Below the pieces are notes generated by a model that saw nothing but the letters and a program-made list of their open reading frames with translations, searched no databases and was not told the origin of the DNA. This document shows, piece by piece, positions 1 to 10,702 of a stretch of DNA of 64,000 nucleotides (position 1 is its first letter; each line of letters starts with the position of its first letter). The translations under genes and the position numbers were made by a program. This DNA comes from an uncultured Candidatus Poseidoniales archaeon (lineage in GTDB: Archaea; Thermoplasmatota; Poseidoniia; Poseidoniales; Thalassarchaeaceae), in NCBI GenBank assembly GCA_905182515.1, contig CAJJBW010000007.1:17025-81024 (forward strand), given 5' to 3'.

Positions 1-168
1 TTATTATTCATTGATCCAGATGAAACTGACAGAATATTAGAAGGGAGATTTGGAAATGAAGAGGAAGGAGGAGAGGGCGGAGATCTAGGGGAGAATCTTG
101 CATGGAATAACGAACAATCTGTTGATGCAGTACTTATTGGAGGTAATGAAAATGTCACAACTACTTGA
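1..168 (+). CDS. 3' end of a gene truncated by the window edge (…LLFIDPDETDRILEGRFGNEEE…NVTTT*), product unknown
   Basis: Frame 1 is open from base 1 to TGA at 166-168 and overlaps the glutaredoxin start. Confidence 0.5.
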   Translation, partial: LLFIDPDETDRILEGRFGNEEEGGEGGDLGENLAWNNEQSVDAVLIGGNENVTTT

Positions 169-427
169 ATGGTTTGAAAGAACTGAAACTGATTTCATAT
201 TATTTTCACAAACAATTTGTCAATATTGCAATAGAGCGAAGAGAATCTTGGATTCCAAGAATTTGAGTTATACCGAGGTTAATTTAGACCATTTTGATGA
301 TCTGCGAAATACTGTCGTTAAGGAAACTAGACATAGGACCGTACCAGCAATATTCGATCTTAGAAAGGAAAAGCCATTATTTATTGGCGGATCTGATCGT
401 CTGATAGAATATCTTCAGGAGAGATAG
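152..427 (+). CDS. Glutaredoxin
   Basis: CQYC active site, RTVP cis-Pro motif and IGGSD; GGAGG at 139-143 precedes ATG 152. Confidence 0.9.
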   Translation: MSQLLEWFERTETDFILFSQTICQYCNRAKRILDSKNLSYTEVNLDHFDDLRNTVVKETRHRTVPAIFDLRKEKPLFIGGSDRLIEYLQER

Positions 428-626
428 AGAATCTTGAACAGGATGGAGAAAGGATAGGCCCTGGCTTCAAAAAACAGTCAATACCAAGCCCATCCAAACA
501 CACATAACAATCATTGGAGAAGGAGATGACCTGATAGAATGTGCTAACGAGAATGGATACTGTGATTTTGTTGGGACCAAAATAGTCCGATATTTATCCG
601 ATGGTGACGCGACAAAGTTTTTTGAT

Positions 627-1214
627 TTATATAATCGTTTTTGACATTATATCGATAGTTTTTGCTAGTAATTTTAAATTAGAAATATCTACCATATGGC
701 CCTTTTTATGCTGTAATTTGATTACGTTCCACCCTGCGTCATCAAATATTCTGATATGTTCTTTTCCAATAGAAATTGGTATTTTTTTATCATTTTCACC
801 ATGCATCCATACTACATGTCTTTGCCATGTATTTGAAATGGCGGATTTTAATCCTATAGGATTAATCGACATAGTTCCAATAAGAACCAAGCCCACAATT
901 CTATCTTGTATACTACGTTCTAACATCATCGAAGCTATTGCCCCTCCTTGCGAGAATCCCCCTACGATTAATGGCCCTTCTGGTAATTCCTCAATTACAT
1001 TAGACAATGACTCATAGGCTTGATCTATGTAATTTATTGTTGAGGTATTGTTTTTTCTTAGCCACCATGCATACCCTCCTCTTGTCGGATGTGGAATTTT
1101 AGCCTGAGGGCAATATATTTGCCACCCTTCGGGGACTAGTTGTTTTGCCAAAGGGAGCATTTTTTCTGCGGTACCAGTCATGCCATGTAACATCACTAAT
1201 GTACCAGTCATCAA
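627..1214 (-). CDS. Alpha/beta hydrolase, phospholipase/carboxylesterase family
   Basis: LHG, GFSQG nucleophile elbow, HGEND and GH catalytic His. Confidence 0.85.
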   Translation of the reverse strand: MMTGTLVMLHGMTGTAEKMLPLAKQLVPEGWQIYCPQAKIPHPTRGGYAWWLRKNNTSTINYIDQAYESLSNVIEELPEGPLIVGGFSQGGAIASMMLERSIQDRIVGLVLIGTMSINPIGLKSAISNTWQRHVVWMHGENDKKIPISIGKEHIRIFDDAGWNVIKLQHKKGHMVDISNLKLLAKTIDIMSKTII

Positions 1215-1220
1215 GAATCC

Positions 1221-2177
1221 TCATAGAGACCAAGACTGAGTTATTCCACCTGCAACTAATAACCTCAAATAACTATCACCAGTGAATGTAAGAGTCAAAG
1301 TATATTCTTCAGATGGATATGCTATTGTCCCAAGAGTTCCAGATTCGCTGGAACTAGGCCCCCAAATACGCTCTAGAACTGAGGCTGACATATGGTCCCT
1401 GAGTGTAAGAGATATTGATGAAGAGCCTCCTCCGCAGTTGGCATCTAAGAAGTAAATCATTTCATCCCAGTCACCATCGTTTGGATGACCATTGACAAAA
1501 AATGAGTCTTGGACTTCAAAATCCGGGCCATCATTTTCCCAGGTATCTCCGAAAAGATCCCCTCCTCTAACAAAATAAACATCTCCCGTATGCCCTGTCC
1601 CATAATCTACATGCATCATTTTTAATTGTTCAACGTTTTCTGAATCAGTCCAGATAAAAGTTGAGAAGAATTTTATATTTGAATCAAAAGAATATACTAA
1701 TTTTGAACCATCTGAAGAAGTTGCATGTATTACGGCTAAATCTGAATTTAAAGAAACGACATTTGCTGACCAGTCCATGCTAAATAACATAAAATTCCAA
1801 TTTTTACCTACTTCTAATGGAAAATCTAAGACTGGTTGTGGAACTCCATCTTCAAATGCGCTTAGACCATCGTGAGTCATTCTTCCAAGGAATGGGTTAT
1901 GATTCAATACCGCATGACGTCGTGCCTCGGTTAGGCTAGAGATAGTTAGCATGTATGCAGTACCATCTTCTTCTGTGTCTGAAGCTACAACAAGTCTCGC
2001 GGTGTCATCACTATAATCTGGAGTTGAGAAAGTATACAACCAAAAATTACCAATATCCCATGTTGGAACATTAATTTCACTAATGGAATCATTTTGAGTG
2101 TCACTATTCTGAGTACAACCAGAAAGTGGCATTACAAGTATAAGTATGACTATACCACACAGAGTAGTCTGTTTCAT
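1221..2177 (-). CDS. Secreted lipoprotein of unknown function
   Basis: Signal peptide with LSGC lipobox; beta-rich acidic body with PTWDIGNFWLY and DFPLEVGKNW motifs. Confidence 0.7.
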   Translation of the reverse strand: MKQTTLCGIVILILVMPLSGCTQNSDTQNDSISEINVPTWDIGNFWLYTFSTPDYSDDTARLVVASDTEEDGTAYMLTISSLTEARRHAVLNHNPFLGRMTHDGLSAFEDGVPQPVLDFPLEVGKNWNFMLFSMDWSANVVSLNSDLAVIHATSSDGSKLVYSFDSNIKFFSTFIWTDSENVEQLKMMHVDYGTGHTGDVYFVRGGDLFGDTWENDGPDFEVQDSFFVNGHPNDGDWDEMIYFLDANCGGGSSSISLTLRDHMSASVLERIWGPSSSESGTLGTIAYPSEEYTLTLTFTGDSYLRLLVAGGITQSWSL

Positions 2178-2222
2178 AATTACCCCTAACATTAATTAGT
2201 CAAGAGGCTAGCGGTATTTTGT

Positions 2223-4322
2223 TTAGAATAATCCACTGAACCAGTCACTAAATATTTCGAAGAATCCACCTTCGGTTAACTCCCCAGTCCCTGCCAGTAC
2301 CACTGCAACTATTGACATCAGTTTGATTAAGATATTTAATGAAGGGCCTGATGTATCTTTGAAAGGATCGCCAATTGTATCTCCAATGACTGCTGCATCG
2401 TGAGCTGAATCTCCTTTTTTTGCCCCTTCAATGTGCCCTTGCTCAATTGCTTTCTTTGCATTATCCCAAGCCCCACCAGCATTGGCCATGAATAGGGCCA
2501 TCAGAACACCTGTCACTAGAGATCCAGCAAGGAGTCCGCCAAGAGCATTCCATCCAAGGAATAGTCCAACGATCACTGGTGCAGAAACGGCTACCATGCC
2601 CGGAGCAACCATTTCTCTAAGTGCTGCTTGAGTTGAAATATCAACACATTTTTTAGAATCTGGCTTCACTCCTTCTTTACCTTCTAATAGGCCTGGTATC
2701 TCTGCAAATTGCCTCCTAATTTCAATGACCATCTCGCCAGCGGCTTTGCCGACTGAAGTCATAGTCATAGCAGCAACCACGAACGGTAAACCTCCTCCAA
2801 TTAGGAGCCCCACTACAACAATTGGATTAGTTAAGCTGAGATCAAGTGTTTGGTTTATTGCGGCTGTATATGCTGCAAATAATGCTAAAGCGGTTAGTGC
2901 GGCTGACCCTATAGCGAAACCTTTACCGACTGCTGCAGTAGTATTCCCTATAGAATCTAATTCATCAGTAATTGCCCTTACTTCTTTACCTAGCCCGCTC
3001 ATTTCAGCAATTCCTCCTGCGTTATCGGCAACAGGGCCATACGCGTCTACAGTCATAGTAACTCCGACCGTTGCTAGCATCCCCATAGCAGCCATTGCAA
3101 TGCCATAAAGTCCCATTTGGCCCTCTCCTGATAATTCATTAGCTCCAAGGATACCAATAGAAATTAAAATAATAGGTAAAAATGTAGACATCATTCCTAC
3201 AGAAAGTCCAGCGATAGCGTTAGTTGCAGGACCTGTTTGTGACATCTTGCCGATGTGAGAGATTGCTTTTGTTTTGATCCCGAAAACTGGCTCTATACCA
3301 GTATAATATTCAGTAACTAGTCCGATCATTATGCCCATAACACTACCCAATACTACAGAATGCATTATTCCATAATTTACGTCGATTAAGCCTTGATGGA
3401 TAGATAGATAACCTCCTATCCAGAATAAAACGGCAGCAATCAAAGTAGTATTTCTTAGTGCAGCAGCCGCATCTGGCCCATTCTTTAACCAAGTCATTGA
3501 AAATACTCCAATAATAGATGCTACATAACCAATTAATCCAAGCATTATAGGCATCATGACGTAATCCACTCCCCATGCAGAGTTGCTGCTTGCTATTATC
3601 ATTGCAGCTATTATTGAACCAACAAATGACTCAAAAATATCTGCACCCATTCCGGCTACATCACCGACGTTGTCTCCAACGTTGTCTGCAATAACTCCAG
3701 GGTTACGAGGGTCATCTTCTGGAATGCCAGCTTCTACTTTACCAACTAAATCAGCACCTACATCTGCAGCTTTGGTATATATTCCTCCGCCGACACGCGC
3801 AAATAGAGCAATGGATGATGCACCCATTCCGAATCCTGCAGCAGCTGATAAGTCAGGATTCGTATCTGAAGCCCCTAACCATGCTGCAATTAGAGATATT
3901 CCAAGTAGTGCAAGTCCACCTACGGAAAGGCCCATTACAGCACCTCCATTGTATGAAACTTCCAATGCACCTGCTTGACCATGATTCTTAGCAGCCATTG
4001 CAGTCCTCCCATTGGCTGAAGTAGCTGCACGCATACCTGAGAATCCGGCTGCAACCGACGCTATGGCACCTGCAAAGAATGCCAATGCAGTATCTACATC
4101 ATTCAATACTGCCAGTAAGGCGCCAACCACTATTACAAATATACTTAGTACCCTATATTCAGCATATAGGAAGGTCATTGCACCATCTTGAATTTCTTGG
4201 GTTATTTCTCGAACAGTATCATCATCAATCTCGGTGCTATTTACTTTTTTGTATAAGAAAAAGGCTATTACTAATCCAATAAGTCCTGTGGCCGCTGCTA
4301 TTAAGGGTATATTATCCATCAT
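2223..4322 (-). CDS. hppA: Membrane-bound ion-translocating pyrophosphatase, K+-dependent (probably Na+-pumping) type
   Basis: [34 protein letters not shown] (Ala determinant of the K+-dependent subfamily), [10 protein letters not shown]; many TM helices. Confidence 0.97.
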   Translation of the reverse strand: MMDNIPLIAAATGLIGLVIAFFLYKKVNSTEIDDDTVREITQEIQDGAMTFLYAEYRVLSIFVIVVGALLAVLNDVDTALAFFAGAIASVAAGFSGMRAATSANGRTAMAAKNHGQAGALEVSYNGGAVMGLSVGGLALLGISLIAAWLGASDTNPDLSAAAGFGMGASSIALFARVGGGIYTKAADVGADLVGKVEAGIPEDDPRNPGVIADNVGDNVGDVAGMGADIFESFVGSIIAAMIIASSNSAWGVDYVMMPIMLGLIGYVASIIGVFSMTWLKNGPDAAAALRNTTLIAAVLFWIGGYLSIHQGLIDVNYGIMHSVVLGSVMGIMIGLVTEYYTGIEPVFGIKTKAISHIGKMSQTGPATNAIAGLSVGMMSTFLPIILISIGILGANELSGEGQMGLYGIAMAAMGMLATVGVTMTVDAYGPVADNAGGIAEMSGLGKEVRAITDELDSIGNTTAAVGKGFAIGSAALTALALFAAYTAAINQTLDLSLTNPIVVVGLLIGGGLPFVVAAMTMTSVGKAAGEMVIEIRRQFAEIPGLLEGKEGVKPDSKKCVDISTQAALREMVAPGMVAVSAPVIVGLFLGWNALGGLLAGSLVTGVLMALFMANAGGAWDNAKKAIEQGHIEGAKKGDSAHDAAVIGDTIGDPFKDTSGPSLNILIKLMSIVAVVLAGTGELTEGGFFEIFSDWFSGLF

Positions 4323-4387
4323 ATTATCTACCTACGGACCCGCCGAACTATGGCTTGCTTATAATCAGAATCCTGATTATATGGTGT

Positions 4388-5302
4388 TCAGAGTATATCT
4401 TTGTTGTCTATATTCAACACGATGTTGGCAAATGATGCCAATATGCTCGCCCCCTCATGCTCTCCTTTAAATGATTTATATTCTTCTTCAGTTATTTGAC
4501 CTCCTTCAAATGAACGTTTTATTCTCTTCTTTGTTACTTCAGGATGGAATTGGAGCCCCCATGCAGGCATTGAATTGCCAGTATCATCATTAACTCGGAT
4601 TGCAGTAATCTTATTATGAGTAGTTTTGGCTAAAATAATACAACGCTCAGATATTGAAGACACATGATCTTGGTGAGTATAAAGTACTGAAATAGGGCTA
4701 TCAGACCGTATATGAGATGTCAATAACTCATCATTTTTACCGGTATTGGTTAATTCTAAATCCCATATACCACTTGATTTTGTGCTTGCTCTTTCGACTT
4801 TTCCTCCTAAGGAGTAGCAAAGAAGTTGGTGTCCAAAACAAATTCCTAAAGTAGGTATCCCAGATGTAGAAGATGCTTCCATTAACGTTGCTGAAGGACC
4901 CATCCATTTCTCCCAAATGCTGACGTTTCTCCTTGATCCGGAACAAACTACGGCGTCTACAGACAACCCTTCTAACCAATTCCTCATCTTAATTACATCT
5001 TCATACATCGGCATAATTATTCTACGAAAGGGTATTTTTTTATTTTCAATATCTACCTCCATGGAAGCCCAATATTGAATGTCATAATTCCAATTAGGTA
5101 TATCTTCTTTTGTCAAAGTTATGTCTGAATTTAAATCTAATTTTTTGCTTGTAATTAAGGACTGCATTTGTGGAGTTACCAATAGAACTTCGACATTCGT
5201 AGATTTTAAAAACGGCTTTATTACTTCTTGATTGCCTCCATGGCCAAATTCAGGCATTTCCACTAATAGATCTAGAAGAAGTATGCGCGTTACCCCTGCC
5301 AT
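4388..5302 (-). CDS. Class I glutamine amidotransferase-like protein
   Basis: GICFGHQ nucleophile and QFHPE triad; extended N-terminus. Confidence 0.85.
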   Translation of the reverse strand: MAGVTRILLLDLLVEMPEFGHGGNQEVIKPFLKSTNVEVLLVTPQMQSLITSKKLDLNSDITLTKEDIPNWNYDIQYWASMEVDIENKKIPFRRIIMPMYEDVIKMRNWLEGLSVDAVVCSGSRRNVSIWEKWMGPSATLMEASSTSGIPTLGICFGHQLLCYSLGGKVERASTKSSGIWDLELTNTGKNDELLTSHIRSDSPISVLYTHQDHVSSISERCIILAKTTHNKITAIRVNDDTGNSMPAWGLQFHPEVTKKRIKRSFEGGQITEEEYKSFKGEHEGASILASFANIVLNIDNKDIL

Positions 5303-5367
5303 GGATGCTGGAAGAGGAAGTGTTTGAAAGCCTCTCCCCTCATCGAAGTATCCGGAAGGTAGGCAAG

Positions 5368-5652
5368 ATGGTCGACAAACAAATGATTCTTGAGTCTGTT
5401 GGGCCAGTTCAAGCGATATTAGATGCTCATGATGGAGTAGTAAATGTCATAGATACAACCGATGGTGTCATCATGATTTCATTAGAAGGCGGATGTACTG
5501 GGTGCAGCGCAACTCCAATGACTGCGATGCAAATTTATTATTCATTGATGAAGCTTAAGGAAGTTGAGGATGTAATTTTTGTAAATGGTGAGTTGCCAGC
5601 ATACATGAGATCATTTATTGATGACAAATTAACTGGGGAAAACAAAGAATAA
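5368..5652 (+). CDS. NifU/NfuA-like Fe-S cluster carrier
   Basis: HDGVV…LEGGCTGC NifU C-terminal motif. Confidence 0.85.
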   Translation: MVDKQMILESVGPVQAILDAHDGVVNVIDTTDGVIMISLEGGCTGCSATPMTAMQIYYSLMKLKEVEDVIFVNGELPAYMRSFIDDKLTGENKE

Positions 5653-5985
5653 TTATTCTTCTTCTCTTCGCATTTTCATTATCTGGTGAGGATTTGTTTC
5701 ACCTTGTACATCTTTTCCTTTGATATTTAATGAAGCTGTAAGAGCAACAATTATGGCCAAGATAGCGAATGGCCTAGCTGCGTTTCTTGACTCCCATAAC
5801 TCACCGCCAAGATAATGAAGCAAAAATAAGAGTACAGCAGATGCCCAACATAGTGATACAATTATTTTTTGGGCCAATATCTCGCTGTTTCTTGACCTGG
5901 CTAATGAACCTATAGAAATCCACAAGAAAAGAGCTATTCCACAGAAAGTAAGTGATAAATTCTCTATAATAATTAACAACTTCAT
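5653..5985 (-). CDS. Small 3-TM membrane protein, unknown function
   Basis: 110-aa ORF with three hydrophobic segments. Confidence 0.7.
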   Translation of the reverse strand: MKLLIIIENLSLTFCGIALFLWISIGSLARSRNSEILAQKIIVSLCWASAVLLFLLHYLGGELWESRNAARPFAILAIIVALTASLNIKGKDVQGETNPHQIMKMRREEE

Positions 5986-6078
5986 AACCTTTCGACTAGA
6001 CCATCACTTGTTTACATTAGGGGTAAATAATACACAATGAATGGATACAATCAAGTTTGATGCCTACATGTTTACCTC

Positions 6079-8013
6079 ATGGCAAAGGTTTCTGGATGGT
6101 CACTACCGAAGGCAAGAAATTCTTTTCCCCCTCACATGACAAAGACACAAATTGCAACAGTACTTGAACAATCGGCAATTCTACTTGAGTTAGATGGTGC
6201 TAATAAATTCAGAGTAATCGCTTATCAAAATGCCAGTAGAGCTCTATCCTCATTAGAAGAGGATTTACTAAATGCAATACAGGAAAAAAGAATTACTGAA
6301 ATTAAAGGAATTGGTAAAGGAATTGGTGGTTTGATTACAGAAGCAGTATTGGAAGGGACTTGGGGGGGTTTGAATGCACTTTATGATAGAGTCCCCAAGG
6401 GGTTAGTAGAAATGATTGGGATTCCTGGCTTAGGACCTAAAAGGGCCAGACAATTATATGAAAGTTTAAGAATAGATTCAATAGAATCTCTAAAATTTGC
6501 ATGCAAAAATGATCAAATATCTTCCTTACCAGGATTTGGGAAAAAGAGTCAGGAAAAATATCTTGAAGGTATTGAATTACTACGGCGTTACCAAGGAAGA
6601 AGTAGGATGGATATTGGATTGGCATATGGGCATGCACTTGAAAAACGAATAATGAATATTCCAAAAGTAGTGAAGGCACAACTTGCGGGAAGTGCAAGAA
6701 GAAGGAGAGAGACAATCGGGGACTTGGATATCGTCTTAGGCGCGAACATTGAGGATCACAGCAAGATAATTCAAGAAATAATGAATTTTCCCGGTATCGC
6801 GGAAGTTAAAGGGCAAGGTAGTTCAAAAATTAGTCTAATTCTTGAAGCAGATATGCTTGCAGAAACTATTAATGTATCTGGAATAGATGCAGGTTTAGCT
6901 GAAAGTTTGATTGAAAGAAGTGTTGATGCTACAATTGATGCCCAAATAAGGATTGTTAATCCAGAATCATTTCCCTTTACACTTGCATATTTTACTGGTT
7001 CCAAAGAACATAATATTAGGATGAGGCAGATTGCAATTGAAAAGGGTTTACGATTAAATGAATTTGGATTGTTTTCAGAAAAGGATGCGGGAGATAAGAT
7101 AGGTATAGAGGCAGCAAAAAATACTCTCATTTGCTCTAATGAATCAGATATTTATCAACATTTAGGACTTAAATGGGTGCCTCCAGAATTAAGAGAAGAT
7201 ATGGGAGAAATTGAAGCGGCAAAAATAAACAATTTACCTAATCTTGTAGAACTTCAAGATTTGAAGGGTTCATTTCATAATCATACAATTGCATCAGATG
7301 GGAGTGCAACTTTAGAGGAAATGAGCAATTACGCCATGAAAATTGGATGGGAGTACTTGGGGATAGCCGATCATTCAGAATCACTAAACATTGGAGGGAA
7401 GACTATTGGAATCCCGAGTAATGAAATACCGAAACAGAAATTAGAAATTGATGAACTAAATATTAAATGGAAAGAAGAGGATGTAAATTTTAGGATTTTT
7501 CATGGATCTGAATGCGATATAATGTCAGATGGTAGTCTTGATTATTCTGAGGAAGTTAGGTCTTCATTATCTCACATAGTTGGCTCAGTACATGCATTAG
7601 GAAGTTGGCGAAATAGAGATGAGTATACAAATACTGAAGCATTGATTAAAGCGATTGAGGATCCGACATTTACAATACTAGGGCATCCAACTGGAAGAAT
7701 ATTGCAAGGGAGAGAGGGTTTTCCTATTGATATGCACGCCATCTTACGTAGAATGGGCGAAATTAATTCTGAAGGTGTACTAAAAGCAGTAGAGATAAAT
7801 GCATCTCCTTACCGGCTAGATATGGATTGGCGATTATGTAAATATGCTAAAGAATTGGGAGTTCCGATTTGTATTAATCCTGATGCCCACAATCCTGAAG
7901 GATTGAAAGATGTTTGGTTTGGGACTCAGATTGCTAGAAAGGGTTGGTTGGAATCAAAAGATATACTAAACACTAAGACAGTCCAGGAAATCGAAAATCT
8001 ACTTGGCCAGTAA
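6079..8013 (+). CDS. polX: Family X DNA polymerase/PHP 3'-5' exonuclease (non-canonical palm)
   Basis: HhH motifs (IKGIGKG, IPGLGPK, LPGFGKK), AGSARR, GDLD, FTGSKEHN; PHP motifs HNHT, DHS, HPTGR, PDAH. Confidence 0.93.
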   Translation: MAKVSGWSLPKARNSFPPHMTKTQIATVLEQSAILLELDGANKFRVIAYQNASRALSSLEEDLLNAIQEKRITEIKGIGKGIGGLITEAVLEGTWGGLNALYDRVPKGLVEMIGIPGLGPKRARQLYESLRIDSIESLKFACKNDQISSLPGFGKKSQEKYLEGIELLRRYQGRSRMDIGLAYGHALEKRIMNIPKVVKAQLAGSARRRRETIGDLDIVLGANIEDHSKIIQEIMNFPGIAEVKGQGSSKISLILEADMLAETINVSGIDAGLAESLIERSVDATIDAQIRIVNPESFPFTLAYFTGSKEHNIRMRQIAIEKGLRLNEFGLFSEKDAGDKIGIEAAKNTLICSNESDIYQHLGLKWVPPELREDMGEIEAAKINNLPNLVELQDLKGSFHNHTIASDGSATLEEMSNYAMKIGWEYLGIADHSESLNIGGKTIGIPSNEIPKQKLEIDELNIKWKEEDVNFRIFHGSECDIMSDGSLDYSEEVRSSLSHIVGSVHALGSWRNRDEYTNTEALIKAIEDPTFTILGHPTGRILQGREGFPIDMHAILRRMGEINSEGVLKAVEINASPYRLDMDWRLCKYAKELGVPICINPDAHNPEGLKDVWFGTQIARKGWLESKDILNTKTVQEIENLLGQ

Positions 8014-8039
8014 CGAACATTCATCTAATATTGAGATAA

Positions 8040-8255
8040 GTGGCGAGCATGGGATTGGTACGCGGAGTGGTGTTTGCTGGAGTCATCATTCTTCCTAGTT
8101 TGGTTTTGGGGCTAATATTATACATCGTATTAGGCGGAAATACTTCCACTTCAGTTGGTAGTGGAGAATTCAGGTATGGACCATGTTATGGCGTACCGAT
8201 GCTATGCATCATTTCAGCATTCATTATGGGCATGTCTGCCGATGCGAGGGAGTAA
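8040..8255 (+). CDS. Small 2-TM membrane protein
   Basis: Hydrophobic 71-aa ORF filling the gap between polX and nth. Confidence 0.55.
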   Translation: MASMGLVRGVVFAGVIILPSLVLGLILYIVLGGNTSTSVGSGEFRYGPCYGVPMLCIISAFIMGMSADARE

Positions 8256-8256
8256 G

Positions 8257-8904
8257 GTGCTGAGGTCGGACAAAGCGATTAGAATTGGGAAAATACTGGA
8301 TATAATGTATCCAAACCAACCTATACCTTTGGACCACAAAGACAATTATACACTCCTTGTTGCTGTAATGCTCTCTGCCCAAACTACTGATAAAAAGGTA
8401 AATCAAGTTACTCCTAAGCTATTTGAAGCTGCAAATACCCCCATAAAAATGAATAATCTAGAAGTTGAAGAAATACAGGATATCATACGTGAAGTTGGCC
8501 TTGCACCAACTAAGGCTAAAAATTTAAAAAAAATGGCACAACAGATTATTGAAAGTGGAGGAGAAATAAGGCCTGATTGGGATTTCTTAGAATCTTTAGC
8601 AGGAGTAGGGCATAAGACAGCAGGAGTGGTGATGTCGCAGGCTTTTGGCAAACCAGCTTTCCCAGTTGATACTCATATCCATAGATTATCTACAAGGTGG
8701 GGCCTGACAAATGGTAAATCGGTTAAAAAAACCGAAGAGGATTTGAAAAAAAATTTTGCAAGAGAAACGTGGAACAGAAGGCATTTGCAAATAATTTATT
8801 TTGGAAGAGAATATTGCCCTTCATTGAGGCATGATTTAACAAAATGTCCAATATGTTCATGGGCAGCAAGCAAAAAAAGAATAAAACAAGAAATAGGGGC
8901 ATAG
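8257..8904 (+). CDS. nth: Endonuclease III
   Basis: LSAQTTD, HhH-GPD (LAGVGHKTA…VDTH), C-terminal Fe-S Cys cluster; GTG 8257 follows GAGGGAG. Confidence 0.93.
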   Translation: MLRSDKAIRIGKILDIMYPNQPIPLDHKDNYTLLVAVMLSAQTTDKKVNQVTPKLFEAANTPIKMNNLEVEEIQDIIREVGLAPTKAKNLKKMAQQIIESGGEIRPDWDFLESLAGVGHKTAGVVMSQAFGKPAFPVDTHIHRLSTRWGLTNGKSVKKTEEDLKKNFARETWNRRHLQIIYFGREYCPSLRHDLTKCPICSWAASKKRIKQEIGA

Positions 8905-8905
8905 T

Positions 8906-9475
8906 ATGGATAAGTTTGAAGGTAGGATTTCTTCATCCTCATTTTCTTCCGGCGATAGAATAGTCGTCGGCGACTGGATTAGCTCGCCTCTTGGTTCTTT
9001 CATAAATATAATGTGGGCTAGACCAGATGGTAAAAGAATCTTGATATCCCCCTCTAAAAATTGTGCCGATTATGTTTCAACAATATACTCATTTGAAGAG
9101 GTAATTATCCTGCCAATAGATATAAACAGAAAAGATAAAAAAATAGAGATTAATGCTTTAGACTTGTCGATAATTTTTGAATGGGGCATATCGGCCCATA
9201 TCCCATTCAAGCGACCAAAGTGGTTTATATCAACAATCGAATATTTAGTAGGGAATATAATTTTTGGAACAAAAACACATGGAAAAACAAAAGATGGGAG
9301 AAAGGAATGGTATATGATAAGAGAGATATCGATGATTTCTAAGGCATATGGCCGGTTTAAAGGCGAGTCTTTTGGAAGGATGGAAAATAATACCGAAGCA
9401 TCTCGGTTTGGTTTCAGTGAGCCACCTAAAAGGCCAATGTCAGTATTAGTTAATTCTCTAATCGATAAAAACTAG
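8906..9475 (+). CDS. Conserved hypothetical protein
   Basis: 189-aa ORF directly after nth in the same apparent operon. Confidence 0.7.
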   Translation: MDKFEGRISSSSFSSGDRIVVGDWISSPLGSFINIMWARPDGKRILISPSKNCADYVSTIYSFEEVIILPIDINRKDKKIEINALDLSIIFEWGISAHIPFKRPKWFISTIEYLVGNIIFGTKTHGKTKDGRKEWYMIREISMISKAYGRFKGESFGRMENNTEASRFGFSEPPKRPMSVLVNSLIDKN

Positions 9476-9506
9476 ATTTGATGTGCAATGGCGTACACGG
9501 CTGCAC

Positions 9507-9989
9507 ATGCTAGACATAGTAGAATTGGAAGTTGGAGATACATCGCCAGATTTTGAATGCTTAATAACAGATGGTTCAAAGATAAAACTTTCTAGCATTA
9601 TTGAAAATGGAAAAGGTGTAATTCTATATTTTTACCCAAGAGATGACACTCCAGGATGTACAATTCAAGCATGTGATTTTAGAGATAATTTTGGTAAATT
9701 GGACAATACTGGATGGAGAGTTATTGGAGTTTCTACAGATTCTTCTGCAAGTCATGTAAAATTTACCAATAAGTATGATTTGCCATTTGATTTAATTGTA
9801 GATGAAGATTCAAGTCTTCATAAATTATATGGTACTTGGAGGAAAAAAAATATGTATGGTAAAGAATACATGGGTTGCTTAAGATCTACCTTTGTAATTT
9901 CCAAGGATAGAAAAATTATTTCTTCGATGTACGGAGTAGGGACTAAGGGGCATGTCGAACAATTGATGATTGATTTAGGTGTTGAATAA
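9507..9989 (+). CDS. bcp: Peroxiredoxin BCP
   Basis: YFYPRDDTPGCTIQACDFRD. Confidence 0.93.
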   Translation: MLDIVELEVGDTSPDFECLITDGSKIKLSSIIENGKGVILYFYPRDDTPGCTIQACDFRDNFGKLDNTGWRVIGVSTDSSASHVKFTNKYDLPFDLIVDEDSSLHKLYGTWRKKNMYGKEYMGCLRSTFVISKDRKIISSMYGVGTKGHVEQLMIDLGVE

Positions 9990-9991
9990 AT

Positions 9992-10225
9992 ATGGAAATC
10001 AAAGAGAGGAGGGAAATAGTAGAGCGCTTCCTGCAAAGATGTATTATTTATTCTAATGCGTCTATAGAACGCAAAGAGGCTAGAAAGGAGTCCCAAAAAG
10101 AAATAGATAAATGGACAGCCTATCGAGATTTTATGAAAATAACAGTCAATGAAATAAGATCTAAAGAATTAGACTCTTGGCTAGAAGATGGTCCTGTTTC
10201 ATTCGACCCAAGTACGGAAAAATAG
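9992..10225 (+). CDS. Small helical hypothetical protein
   Basis: 77-aa ORF 2 nt after bcp, preceded by GGTG. Confidence 0.65.
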   Translation: MEIKERREIVERFLQRCIIYSNASIERKEARKESQKEIDKWTAYRDFMKITVNEIRSKELDSWLEDGPVSFDPSTEK

Positions 10226-10232
10226 AATTAAT

Positions 10233-10688
10233 TTAGGCAATTTTTGAAAGTCCGAGAACGTGTTTATGAGTATCAACTCGCATATTTAATCCTGGTATCA
10301 TAAGAAGGGTGTCAGCGTCATTCAAAGCAAAAACAGTTAATTCATTATTTTCTGCTAATTCCCTCACTACTCTAGTGCATTTTGCAGTTTGGCTAGGCAT
10401 ATGGATTAAATCCTTTAAATTAACTAAAATTAGATTTCCATTTTTTAATTCCTTTCCCATACCTGTTAAATTCAGACGATGTAAATTATCAGGTTTAAGA
10501 TAAATTACTTTTCGAGTAGGCTTTGGAGACATCTTTTGAGACCATTTAGAAATACGAATATCCGATAAATGAATTATTGATTCTCCGGCCTCAGAGTTAA
10601 GAAATGTTTGTTCAGTTAATTCATCATCAGTCAAAGATTTATTTGATTTTGGATTGGGTAATCCCAATAGACGAAAGAGATTAACCAT
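10233..10688 (-). CDS. sepF: Cell division protein SepF (archaeal type)
   Basis: N-terminal amphipathic helix; ELKNGNLILVNL and LLMIPGLNMRV core; AGGAG upstream. Confidence 0.7.
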   Translation of the reverse strand: MVNLFRLLGLPNPKSNKSLTDDELTEQTFLNSEAGESIIHLSDIRISKWSQKMSPKPTRKVIYLKPDNLHRLNLTGMGKELKNGNLILVNLKDLIHMPSQTAKCTRVVRELAENNELTVFALNDADTLLMIPGLNMRVDTHKHVLGLSKIA

Positions 10689-10702
10689 GATACTCCTGAG
10701 AA

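Noticed and set aside
2431-3978. Antisense ORFs over hppA (and similar ones over polX, mvk, the Fe-S oxidoreductase, cysS, ileS, guaB and ALDH)
   Set aside because: These are shadow frames of strongly conserved genes with no family motifs of their own.
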